A DNA stretch of 61,328 bases from Patescibacteria group bacterium. Lineage in GTDB: Bacteria; Patescibacteriota; CPR2; UBA1875. Shown one piece after another: positions 28,720 through 37,520 of this stretch; within the stretch, counting starts at the first letter, position 1; every line of letters starts with the position of its first letter. A program made the translations under genes and the position numbers. Where the stretch lies: assembly GCA_041737595.1 (NCBI GenBank), contig JBGSRK010000013.1, positions 1-61,328 on the forward strand. Reading direction: 5' to 3'. The notes under the pieces are model-generated. The model saw only the letters and a list, made by a program, of their open reading frames with translations. It made no database searches and was not told where the DNA came from.

Positions 28720-29474
28720 CTTTTTATTACCTCCTTAGCTAAATTTTTATAAGCTACTGCGCCTTTTGAAAACATATCATAATCGTTAATTGTTTTCCCA
28801 TGACTTGGAGCTTCGGCAAGTCTTATGCTCCTTGGGACAACTGTATCAAATACTCTTTCACCAAAATGTTTTTTCAACTCACCTTCTACTTCTCGTGAAA
28901 GTATTGTTCTCTTGTCATACATTGTAACAAGTACCCCCAAAAGGTCCAATGTTGGATTTAATGAAGAGCGAACTCTTTTTACTGTTGATAGTAGTTGACC
29001 AAGACCTTCTAGAGCGTAATATTCGGCCTGTACGGGGATTAATACTGCGTCTGCTGCCACTAACCCATTAACGGTTAAAAGCCCTAAAGAAGGCGGGTTA
29101 TCTATTAATATAAAATCATAATCAGAATCAGCTTCTAGGAGGGCAGTTTTTAATTTATGTTCACGGGCAAGTTGTGGAACAAGTTCTACTTCCGCTGCCG
29201 CAAGATTAATGCTTGCAGGGGCAAGGTGTAAACCTTTTTGTTTTGTCTCTTTTTTAACTCGATGAATTGGAGCACCATCTATTAAAACATTATAAACACA
29301 CCCCTTTATTTCTTCATGTAAAAAACCAAGACCACTTGTTGTATTCCCTTGTGGATCTAAATCTAAAATTAAAACCCGCTTACCTGATTTTGCAAGATAA
29401 GCACCAAGATTTATGGCAGTGGTTGTTTTCCCGACACCACCCTTCTGATTTATAATTGCGATTTTTTTAGCCAT
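28707..29474 (-). CDS. parA: Chromosome partitioning ATPase ParA/Soj
   Basis: IINQKGGVGKTTTAINLGAYLA deviant Walker A; LILDLDPQGN. Confidence 0.9.
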   Translation of the reverse strand: MAKKIAIINQKGGVGKTTTAINLGAYLAKSGKRVLILDLDPQGNTTSGLGFLHEEIKGCVYNVLIDGAPIHRVKKETKQKGLHLAPASINLAAAEVELVPQLAREHKLKTALLEADSDYDFILIDNPPSLGLLTVNGLVAADAVLIPVQAEYYALEGLGQLLSTVKRVRSSLNPTLDLLGVLVTMYDKRTILSREVEGELKKHFGERVFDTVVPRSIRLAEAPSHGKTINDYDMFSKGAVAYKNLAKEVIKRCQD

Positions 29475-29480
29475 GTTTAT

Positions 29481-29592
29481 GTCATTGCGAGGGCAAAGTA
29501 GCCCATGGCAATCTTTTTTGTCATTTTATCCGCCTTAGGCTGAATGATCCAGAATCTATTTTTATAGATTCCGTGTCGTAGCACGGAATGAC
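29481..29592. repeat. Three REP units (GTCATTGCGAGGGCAAAGTAGCCCATGGCAATC; GTCATTTTATCC...CCAGAATCTA; TAGATTCCGTGTCGTAGCACGGAATGAC)
   Basis: Same GTCAT...GAATC family. Each unit has an internal hairpin. Confidence 0.75.
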
Positions 29593-29670
29593 AGAACGAG
29601 TCCCCCTTTCACAATCATATTCTAACAAATATCTTACTTAACTAAAAGCTAAACATTTTAAAACATCAAA

Positions 29671-30270
29671 CTATTTATTGTGGTTTTTCGATCTTTCTTC
29701 GTTTTTACGAATATATGGATAAAAATCTTCTGGGAATGTGTTTACAACATCTTTCCAGGCAACATAAATACCTTCAAGTTTTTTCTTCTCTTCAGGGAAT
29801 AATAATAGATCTCTATAATCTCGCTCTATTTTTTCTAGGGCACTTTTTTTACCATATTTTCCAGCTGCAAGATAAAGGTAAACATCTGGTGCAGTTATAT
29901 GACTAGCTGAATCAGAAAAAGTCAAAATTTTTGCTTCAATGGTTTGAGGTTTAACATCTGAATTCCGATGAGCACGAACTGCATGAGCTACTTTATTAAT
30001 AAGTTCATCAGACTCACCTTCTTTTTTTAAAAATTTAATTGCTTCTCTTTCTGAAACTACGGCATGATCCTCACCGTTAACGTTAATAAAGTGGCCAATA
30101 TCATGAAATAATGCAGCAATAATGACGGCTTTTCTATCTGCCTCTGGATGAGTATCACAAAGCTTTTCAGCCCAGTGAGTGACTATTTCTACATGATGAG
30201 GAAATGTAGCATAAAACACATCTGATTTTTTGAATGCGTCTAAAAAATGTTTTCTATATTTTGTGTACAT
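29671..30270 (-). CDS. HD-domain phosphohydrolase
   Basis: H...HDIGH...D motif (ALFHDIGHF); 199 aa. Confidence 0.75.
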   Translation of the reverse strand: MYTKYRKHFLDAFKKSDVFYATFPHHVEIVTHWAEKLCDTHPEADRKAVIIAALFHDIGHFINVNGEDHAVVSEREAIKFLKKEGESDELINKVAHAVRAHRNSDVKPQTIEAKILTFSDSASHITAPDVYLYLAAGKYGKKSALEKIERDYRDLLLFPEEKKKLEGIYVAWKDVVNTFPEDFYPYIRKNEERSKNHNK

Positions 30271-30299
30271 ATTTAATATATTCTAACAGATAAATTTAA

Positions 30300-30330
30300 A
30301 AAGGTTAAGGGCAGCCAGTAGGCCGCCCTG
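30300..30330 (-). terminator. Terminator of the GC-rich orphan gene
   Basis: Minus RNA GGGCGGCC-uacu-GGCUGCCC followed by UUAACCUUUUU. Confidence 0.55.
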
Positions 30331-30360
30331 TTCCCCCTTACTATTCGATTGTAGCTGATT

Positions 30361-30972
30361 TCAGGCGTAATGCCCCTTCCTTGCAATCACTTCGTCTGAG
30401 AGACAATCAAGAGTCAGAGAAAGATACTTGTGACTTTCTGCGACTTTTTTCTTACTTTTCTCTGACCCCCACATCAAGTTTCGCAAATGGAAGAGAAGTC
30501 TTGCCGGAGGTGTACCAGTAAGTTCCACGAGAGTCTGGGCGCTCACCTGTCTTGTTGAGCACTCAGTGACATTTACAAGCATGACTTCACTTCTTGTTCC
30601 ACCTCGCGGGTGCTGATCATCTTTCCTGCACAGTGTCATCTCGAGAACACACCAATTTCCTGTGTCATCAAGATAACCCGCTACATGTTGTCTGGTTTCT
30701 CCGATTCTCATAGTCTCGATCATGAAGTTGGTCTGTACCTCCATGCCATTGAGCTTTGTCAGTTTGTTTTCTGAAAGCTCAGTAGGAGACCAAGAGAATT
30801 TGATGTCGCTGGGGAGAACCTTAAGTTTTCCCAAGCTTATCTCCCGTACGTTGCTCGCAACGAGCATTCGCGCTGCTTCTACGTGGGTAAATATCTCTTC
30901 TCGAGACATTGTACCCTTCTTGGCCCATGCGCGTTCTTGCTTCTTCTTGCGAATATCACTTATCCAACTCAT
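30361..30972 (-). CDS. GC-rich orphan protein (203 aa), no recognisable family
   Basis: Long ORF in a visibly GC-rich island. A GGAAGG SD lies 9 nt before ATG 30972 (the track start 30981 is too close to the SD). The unit has its own promoter and terminator. Confidence 0.6.
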   Translation of the reverse strand: MSWISDIRKKKQERAWAKKGTMSREEIFTHVEAARMLVASNVREISLGKLKVLPSDIKFSWSPTELSENKLTKLNGMEVQTNFMIETMRIGETRQHVAGYLDDTGNWCVLEMTLCRKDDQHPRGGTRSEVMLVNVTECSTRQVSAQTLVELTGTPPARLLFHLRNLMWGSEKSKKKVAESHKYLSLTLDCLSDEVIARKGHYA

Positions 30973-31037
30973 TGCTACCATCCTTCCAAGGTCCGTGGCA
31001 TTGGGGGCATACCCACCGCAGCCAACAATAGGTGGTT

Positions 31038-31066
31038 ATGTTATCATATTTTTTAAATTTAGTCAA
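31038..31066 (-). promoter_or_regulatory. Promoter of the 30361-30972 orphan
   Basis: Minus strand TTGACT (31066-31061), 17-nt spacer ending TGA, TAACAT (31043-31038). This is the same TGATAACAT -10 as the 37521 RNA promoter. Confidence 0.55.
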
Positions 31067-31080
31067 TATTTATCATATTA

Positions 31081-31105
31081 AAAAAAACCCGCTCTCTAGC
31101 GGGTT
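31081..31105 (-). terminator. rplU intrinsic terminator
   Basis: AACCCGC-tagaga-GCGGGTT followed by U8 on the minus strand, directly after the rplU stop. Confidence 0.8.
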
Positions 31106-31107
31106 CT

Positions 31108-31521
31108 TTATGCAATTTTTGTAATTTGGACCTTTGTAAGTGATTGGCGATGCCCGTAGGTTTTTTTGTATCTTTTCTTTGGTTTATATTTAAGAACGGT
31201 AACCTTTTCGTCTCTAAATTGTTCAAGAACTTTTCCGGTGACTTTAGCACCATCAACTAACGGAGTACCAACCTTAACCGTTCCACCATTTGAAACTAAA
31301 AGGACATCAAAAATTATCTCTTTTCCCTCTTCTAAATCAAGTTTTTCAAATTCATACCATTTACCCTCTTCGACGATATATTGTTTCCCACCAGTTTTGA
31401 TTACAGCAAATAAATCCGATTTTTCTGTTTTTTTAGGAACAGCTTTTACTTCGGTCTTTTTAACTTCTTTTTTTGGTGCTACTTTTTTTGTAGTAGTTTT
31501 TGTTGTTTTTTCTTCTGTCAT
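31108..31521 (-). CDS. rplU: 50S ribosomal protein L21 with a K/T/E-rich N-terminal extension of about 37 aa
   Basis: FAVIKTGGKQY.V.EG.......L ... YKPKKRYKKTYGHRQ..T.V.I..I. Confidence 0.9.
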   Translation of the reverse strand: MTEEKTTKTTTKKVAPKKEVKKTEVKAVPKKTEKSDLFAVIKTGGKQYIVEEGKWYEFEKLDLEEGKEIIFDVLLVSNGGTVKVGTPLVDGAKVTGKVLEQFRDEKVTVLKYKPKKRYKKTYGHRQSLTKVQITKIA

Positions 31522-31568
31522 AATTTCACGCTAGATAATATTAGCAGATAATCTGATACTTTTCAAGA

Positions 31569-31979
31569 TTATTTTAGATACTCAAGTTTATTTAAATCAG
31601 AATATATTTTTTTTCCAAGTCCAAGCATATTTATTTTTTGAGCTTCTTTTAAAGTAAAAAGTTTTATGCTTTTGCGAATATCGCCTTCTTCTGTTTCAGA
31701 AAATGCATCAATCCCGGGGAAACGAGATACAAAAAGATGAACAAGAAGATCTGATTTTTCTGAATAATAATCTGCGATATATTTTGAATCTTTTATCTCG
31801 AAACCGAGTTCTTCCTTAATTTCCCTTTTTAGAGCATCAAGCGGTGTTTCATTTTTTTCTACGCGACCACCAATAAGCCCCCAGTTTTCACCAAAACGAC
31901 TCTTACCATCTTTGGCCCGATTGTGTAAAAGAATCTTTTTATCGTCACTTATAAATGCAACCGCGCTTCCTTCGTACAT
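31569..31979 (-). CDS. NUDIX hydrolase
   Basis: Nudix box GGRVEKNETPLDALKREIKEELG. Confidence 0.8.
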   Translation of the reverse strand: MYEGSAVAFISDDKKILLHNRAKDGKSRFGENWGLIGGRVEKNETPLDALKREIKEELGFEIKDSKYIADYYSEKSDLLVHLFVSRFPGIDAFSETEEGDIRKSIKLFTLKEAQKINMLGLGKKIYSDLNKLEYLK

Positions 31980-31987
31980 TTTCCTCC

Positions 31988-33088
31988 TTAAAAATCTATC
32001 TTTTTATAACGCGAATATATACTTTCTAAAATTCCAATTGCAAATAGATCAACAACTATAGGTGTCCCACCATAAGACAAAAATGGGAGAGGAATGCCAG
32101 TCACAGGTAAAAGACCAAGATTCATACCAATATTAACAAAAACATGAACAAATAACATTGCAAGAATACCAATTGAAAGATAAGTACCAAAAAAATCTCG
32201 AGCAAGTACTGCAATTTTTATTCCTCTGTAAAAAAGAAGTGTAAAAAGGCCGATTACAACAGACACACCGAGAAAACCCATTTCTTCTGCCATTGCAGCA
32301 AAAATAAAATCAGTATGTTTATATGGTATAAAATTTAATTGTGATTGAGTCCCGTGCCCAAGACCTCGCCCCCAAAACTGTCCCGAACCTATCGCGATAA
32401 GAGCCTGTGAAACATTCCAACCTGCTCCCTGGGGATCGGCGGTCGGGTTAAGAAAAGTCAAAACTCTTTGTCTTTGGTAGTCATGTAAAAGAGTCCAGAT
32501 AACCGGTAGTGATGCGAGTCCTACAATTGCAACAAGTGCTAAATAAATTCTTTTTGCATTAGAAACAAGTAGCATTACTGCCCACATAAATATAAATACA
32601 ATTGCGGTCCCAAGATTTGGTTCAAAATAAACCAAAACGGCGGGGATACCTACATATATTGCAGATTTAATAATTGGCCAAGGTTTCTGCAACTCTTCAT
32701 AATTTTCAGAGAAATATTTAGCAAGTATTATCGCCATTAAAAACTGTGAAAGAAGCGACGGCTGAAATTGGAAAAATCCTAAATCAATCCATCGCTGAGC
32801 CTCATTGGCCGTTTTACCAAAAAATTGTACAGAAAGAAGCATAATAATAAGTAAAATATATAAAATACCTGTATATGATTTAAAGATACGGTAATCAACC
32901 CTTGATAAAACTAAAAGTCCTGAAAAACCGATTATCATATTAAAAACCTGTCTTGTAGCTTCAGATTTTACGTTCAAATCGTAAGTAGTTGAAAACAAGA
33001 CAGCAAGCCCAATGGCACATAAAAATATCGTTGCCGCAAGCAAGAACCAATCATAATTTTTAAAAAATCTAAATATTATATTTTTCAT
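31988..33088 (-). CDS. SEDS-family peptidoglycan polymerase (RodA/FtsW)
   Basis: 366 aa, about 10 TM helices. ...QPS...K........DFIFA...EE.GF.G...PLPF.SYGG. Confidence 0.85.
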   Translation of the reverse strand: MKNIIFRFFKNYDWFLLAATIFLCAIGLAVLFSTTYDLNVKSEATRQVFNMIIGFSGLLVLSRVDYRIFKSYTGILYILLIIMLLSVQFFGKTANEAQRWIDLGFFQFQPSLLSQFLMAIILAKYFSENYEELQKPWPIIKSAIYVGIPAVLVYFEPNLGTAIVFIFMWAVMLLVSNAKRIYLALVAIVGLASLPVIWTLLHDYQRQRVLTFLNPTADPQGAGWNVSQALIAIGSGQFWGRGLGHGTQSQLNFIPYKHTDFIFAAMAEEMGFLGVSVVIGLFTLLFYRGIKIAVLARDFFGTYLSIGILAMLFVHVFVNIGMNLGLLPVTGIPLPFLSYGGTPIVVDLFAIGILESIYSRYKKIDF

Positions 33089-33364
33089 AGTTTTATATCA
33101 GACTAATAATCAATTTTAATAAATCTAAACAAAATAATGTTAATCTTATTTATAATTTATAAAATTGTTTACTTAATAAGAATACTACATTTTTATAAAT
33201 ATTTCCCGAGTAATCTAATAAATTATTATTATTTTTTATACAAACATATTCAAAACATAAGCACATTATGTACTTCACTTTAGTGACGTGTTTATGTAGA
33301 TTAGTTTTATATAAGAAACACGGGGAAGAGATATTAAATAATAAAGAGATATAAAATAATTATG

Positions 33365-36300
33365 TTACTTTTTAACGGATATTCCGAATGTGATTTCTTT
33401 CCCGTCAAGTTTTACGGATTCATTATAAGTAGACGAAGAAACTCCGCGTTCAAATTTAACTGATAGGGTTTCATGTGCAATATATTTTGATTGAGATTCA
33501 ATCGCATGCGCAATTTCTGGGTCCACAGTTTCCCAAAATGTTTCAATCCTGTCCTCAACATTAAACTCAGCTTTTTTACGACCATCCTGAATAGAGCGGA
33601 TAAAGTCACGGGCCATACCCTCGGCCTTTAGCTCAGGTGAAATTTTTATATCAAGTAAGGTTTTAAAATCACTCCCCTTCTTAAGCTTAAGAGTTTTAAG
33701 ATTTACCTCCTCAAGTATTATATTAATTAAATCGTCTGGGAGTTTATTAATATTTGAGGTGACTTCAAGCGAGGCCAACGGCTGACGAACTTTGATCCCC
33801 TTTTCATTTCTTTCCGCAAGACCTGCCTCTACTATCTTTCTTACTAATATCATTTGTTCTTCTAACCCTGCATCAATTGCCTTTTTGTCTTCTTTTGGCC
33901 AGTTTGTAAGATGGATGGATTTAGAAGATTTTTTATCAATATCTCTAACAAGTCCTTGATACATTTCTTCTGTAACAAATGGCATATATGGCGCTAGCAA
34001 TTTTATATAAGTCGTAAGTGAAAAATATAAGGTTTCATATGCCGCAAGCTTATCATTATCATCTTCTGATTTCCAAAATCGTTTTCTTGAGCGACGAATA
34101 TACCAATTTGAAAGTTCATCTAAAAATTCTGAAAGATGTCTAGCACCAAGTGAAATATCATATTTTTCAAGCGATTCCGTAACTTCTGCGATTAATGTGT
34201 TAACTTTTGAAAGCATCCATTTGTCGAGCAAATTTTTAGAGTTCAATTTTCCGGCCCGCTTCGCCGAATCGAGGCGAGTTGGTTTAAAATCATCTAAACT
34301 TGCATACATCGTAAAAAAGCTGTAAGAATTCCAAAGTCTCAAGATTACCTTTTTTAAAACTTCGTCTACCTCCTTGTCAGAAAATTTTGTATCTTCTGCT
34401 TTTACTGCCGTTGATCCCATCATATAAAATCTCATTGCATCTGCTCCAAACCTATTCATAAGAATCATTGGATCAGTAAAATTATTTTTACTTTTAGACA
34501 TTTTATTACCATCTTCAGCAAGCACAATCCCATTTACAACCACATTATCAAACGGGGATTTATCAAAAAGAGCTGTTCCAAGAACCATAAGTGACCTAAA
34601 CCAACCTCGGGTCTGGTCAATCCCTTCTGCAATAAAATCTGCTGGAAATTCTCGAGCAAATTGTTCTTTGTTTTCAAAAGGATAGTGAAGCTTACCATAT
34701 GGCATCGAGCCAGAATCGAACCAAACATCTAAAATTTCACCAGATAATTTTGCAGTTTCTCCACATTTACATTTAATATCAATATCTTGAATTTTATGTA
34801 AATGAATATCATCGATTTTTTTGCCGGTTGCTTTTTCTAATTCAGAAATACTACCAAAAACTTTTATTTCTCCACAATCGCACTTCCAGGCAGGAATTGG
34901 GACCCCCCAAAAACGGTTTCGTGAGATATTCCAATCTGGGGCGGTTTCTACCATTTTTGCATAACGGTTTTTCCCAACAAATTCTGGGACCCAATGAACT
35001 TTTTTATTGTTCGCAAGAACCTTATCACGAATTTTATCAATATTAATAAACCAACTATCTATTGCCCTATAAATTAAAGGTGAATCACAACGCCAACAAT
35101 AAGGATATGGATGGGTATAATCTTCAACCTTAATTATTTTATCTCCTAAATCTTCAATAATTTTTTCGTTAGTTTTTGGATCAACTACACTCATACCATC
35201 ATAATCGGTTTCAGCCGTAAGATGACCAAGCTCATCAACAGGCATAAAAAAGTCGATACCAAATTTCTGTCCGACAATTGCATCGTCTTCACCAAAAGCA
35301 GGTGCAGTGTGAACAATTCCAGTCCCATCTTCGGTGGTTACAAAGTCACCAGAAATTACTTCAAAAGATTTCCCATTTGTTTTTTCCAAAAGTTGTGCTT
35401 TTTCATAATAACCAAAAAGTGGTTTGTATTTTTTACCAACCAGGTCTTTGCCCTTAAATTCAGCTATTAGCTTATAGCCAACTTGCTTTTCGGTCTCCTT
35501 ATTTGAGTCAACATAAACTGTTGGGCCTCCGAGCTCGGGTAAAATCATCAGATCTAATGTTCGACCAACACCTAGGGCATCCCTAGCTAAAATATACTTC
35601 TCGCCGCTATTAACTTCCTCTACTTTTACATAATCAATTTTCCCACCAACGGTTAACGCCAGGTTACCAGGGAGTGTCCATGGTGTTGTTGTCCAGGCAA
35701 GAAAATATGTACCCTTCTCATCCTCAAGTTCAAACTTAATTGTAACTGCTTTATCAGTTTTATCTTTATACCCACCTTCACTTACTTCAAAACTAGAAAG
35801 TCCAGTTGAACATCGTGGACAATAAGGCATAACCTTATGGCCTTCATAGACTAAATCTTTATTCCAAAGTTCTGAAAAAACCCACCAAATAGATTCCATA
35901 TAATTTTTATCCATTGTGATGTATGCATTTTCCATATCTGCCCAGCGACCCGTTCTTGCAATAACATTTTTCCAGGCTTCAACATAACCAAAAACCTTTG
36001 AGCGACACTTTTCATTAAATTTATCAACTCCGTACTCAAATATTTCGTCTCTGGATTTAAAACCGAGATCTTCTTCAACAATATTTTCAATTGGTAAACC
36101 ATGAGTGTCCCAACCCCAAATACGTTCGACTCGAAAGCCTTGCATCGTTTTATAACGAGGAATTACGTCTTTAATTAAACCAGCAAGAATATTCCCAAAA
36201 TGTGGCATATTGGTCGCATACGGCGGTCCATCATAAAAATTAAATGACTTTGATTTTGGTCTTTCTGAAATAGATTTTTCAAATATTTTATTTTTATCCC

Positions 36301-36367
36301 AAAATTCTAAAACTTTCTCTTCAAGTTCAGGAAAATTTACTCGCGATTCAGCTTTTTTAAAACTCAT
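33365..36367 (-). CDS. ileS: Isoleucyl-tRNA synthetase
   Basis: 1000 aa; PHFGNILAG (HIGH-type) and KMSKSKNN (KMSKS). Confidence 0.95.
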   Translation of the reverse strand: MSFKKAESRVNFPELEEKVLEFWDKNKIFEKSISERPKSKSFNFYDGPPYATNMPHFGNILAGLIKDVIPRYKTMQGFRVERIWGWDTHGLPIENIVEEDLGFKSRDEIFEYGVDKFNEKCRSKVFGYVEAWKNVIARTGRWADMENAYITMDKNYMESIWWVFSELWNKDLVYEGHKVMPYCPRCSTGLSSFEVSEGGYKDKTDKAVTIKFELEDEKGTYFLAWTTTPWTLPGNLALTVGGKIDYVKVEEVNSGEKYILARDALGVGRTLDLMILPELGGPTVYVDSNKETEKQVGYKLIAEFKGKDLVGKKYKPLFGYYEKAQLLEKTNGKSFEVISGDFVTTEDGTGIVHTAPAFGEDDAIVGQKFGIDFFMPVDELGHLTAETDYDGMSVVDPKTNEKIIEDLGDKIIKVEDYTHPYPYCWRCDSPLIYRAIDSWFINIDKIRDKVLANNKKVHWVPEFVGKNRYAKMVETAPDWNISRNRFWGVPIPAWKCDCGEIKVFGSISELEKATGKKIDDIHLHKIQDIDIKCKCGETAKLSGEILDVWFDSGSMPYGKLHYPFENKEQFAREFPADFIAEGIDQTRGWFRSLMVLGTALFDKSPFDNVVVNGIVLAEDGNKMSKSKNNFTDPMILMNRFGADAMRFYMMGSTAVKAEDTKFSDKEVDEVLKKVILRLWNSYSFFTMYASLDDFKPTRLDSAKRAGKLNSKNLLDKWMLSKVNTLIAEVTESLEKYDISLGARHLSEFLDELSNWYIRRSRKRFWKSEDDNDKLAAYETLYFSLTTYIKLLAPYMPFVTEEMYQGLVRDIDKKSSKSIHLTNWPKEDKKAIDAGLEEQMILVRKIVEAGLAERNEKGIKVRQPLASLEVTSNINKLPDDLINIILEEVNLKTLKLKKGSDFKTLLDIKISPELKAEGMARDFIRSIQDGRKKAEFNVEDRIETFWETVDPEIAHAIESQSKYIAHETLSVKFERGVSSSTYNESVKLDGKEITFGISVKK

Positions 36368-36711
36368 AATTTTATCTCTTTACCATATTTATCGTACCGA
36401 CCTTCAATTTTTTTAATTTTATCACTCAATGCCTTCTGAGGGTCAACCCCAACTAGTTCTGAAAGAATTAAGGTTGTTATAAGGACATCTGCAACTTCAC
36501 TTTCTATTTCTTCATGTTTATTGTTTTTTAATTTTTCTGATCGTTGTTTACCACATTTTTTTAAAACCTGTGAACATAATTCTCCGACTTCTTCAACCAA
36601 CTTAACTGTTGCAGAGAATTTAAGTTTATCCTCATCATAATCACTATAGTAATTAGAGATGAGGCGTTCGTTTTCGTTTTTAATAAATTTTAGTAAATCG
36701 TTAAATTCCAT
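36364..36711 (-). CDS. MazG-like NTP pyrophosphohydrolase (small all-alpha type)
   Basis: KLVEEVGEL......E.ESEVADVLITTLILSELVGVD; AAGGAG SD before ATG 36711. The stop overlaps the ileS start (ATGA). Confidence 0.65.
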   Translation of the reverse strand: MEFNDLLKFIKNENERLISNYYSDYDEDKLKFSATVKLVEEVGELCSQVLKKCGKQRSEKLKNNKHEEIESEVADVLITTLILSELVGVDPQKALSDKIKKIEGRYDKYGKEIKL

Positions 36712-36722
36712 ATACTCCTTAT

Positions 36723-36777
36723 AAAAAAACCACTTCTTGAGATCCGCCTGTTGGCGAAGGTACCATCTCAATAGTGG
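36723..36777 (-). terminator. Long hairpin + U7 immediately upstream of the mazG-like/ileS SD (attenuator-type leader terminator)
   Basis: Minus RNA CCACUAUUGAGAUGGUACCUUCGCC-aaca-GGCGGAUCUCAAGAAGUGG-UUUUUUU, then AUAAGGAGUAUAUG. There is no room for a promoter between the terminator and the SD. Confidence 0.6.
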
Positions 36778-36948
36778 AACTTAATTTTGACTTTTACGTT
36801 AGTCTTACGCTGAGTTCTAATTTAACGTCATTGCGAGAAGCTTGCGACGAAGCAATCTAGATCGCCACACTTTGTTCGCGATGACAGGTTATTTCTTCTC
36901 AGAGCTTGTGATTGATAGTCACTCAAATGCTTTAAATGTATTTTACAA

Positions 36949-37170
36949 CTAAATTCCCTTTATTCCAACTACTTTTTCTTTTGACGTTTTACCAATAATT
37001 ATTTCAATATTAGATTTCGGGACTTTAAAGAATCCCGAAAGCATTTCAACCACTTTTATATTTGCTCGACCGCCACTAGGAGAAACGTTAAAATAGCAAT
37101 TATAAATACCTTCGTATTCAATAACTTTTTCAAATTTTGATTTTGGATGTGCCTTAACAGTTATTTTCAT
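36949..37170 (-). CDS. DUF167/YggU-family small protein
   Basis: 73 aa: ...V.V.P.....GRANIKVVEMLSGFFKV.KSNIEII.GKTSKEKVV.I. Confidence 0.7.
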   Translation of the reverse strand: MKITVKAHPKSKFEKVIEYEGIYNCYFNVSPSGGRANIKVVEMLSGFFKVPKSNIEIIIGKTSKEKVVGIKGI

Positions 37171-37188
37171 ATAATCATTTTGAGAATA

Positions 37189-37446
37189 TTATTGATTTAA
37201 AAAATTCTTTATATCACCTGCTATTGGAATAACACCCCGCCATCTTTCAACTTCTGATCCATCATCTCTTACAATAATGAAAGTTGGGAATGAATATACA
37301 TCATAAAGTTCAATCTGTGATGATGTTTTTTCCTCTTCAATATCTAGATATTCAACTGAATATCCGTCTGTTTCTAATTTAGAACCAAACTCTTTTGCTT
37401 CTCGCATTTCTGGACCATTTTCTTTTGTAAATACTTTGACTATCAT
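37189..37446 (-). CDS. Thioredoxin-fold (glutaredoxin/NrdH-like) protein lacking the CxxC cysteines
   Basis: 85 aa with a beta-alpha-beta start (IVKVFTKENGPEMREAK, where CxxC normally sits), then ..YSFPTFII. Confidence 0.45.
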   Translation of the reverse strand: MIVKVFTKENGPEMREAKEFGSKLETDGYSVEYLDIEEEKTSSQIELYDVYSFPTFIIVRDDGSEVERWRGVIPIAGDIKNFLNQ

Positions 37447-37485
37447 TATAAATATTTTACACCTTCTAAATATAAATTAAACCCA

Positions 37486-37514
37486 TTGACAATAACTACA
37501 TTTTGTGATAACAT
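37486..37514 (+). promoter_or_regulatory. Promoter of the 37521-38327 RNA
   Basis: TTGACA (37486-37491), 17-nt spacer, TGATAACAT (37506-37514). Confidence 0.6.
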
Positions 37515-37520
37515 ATCTGC

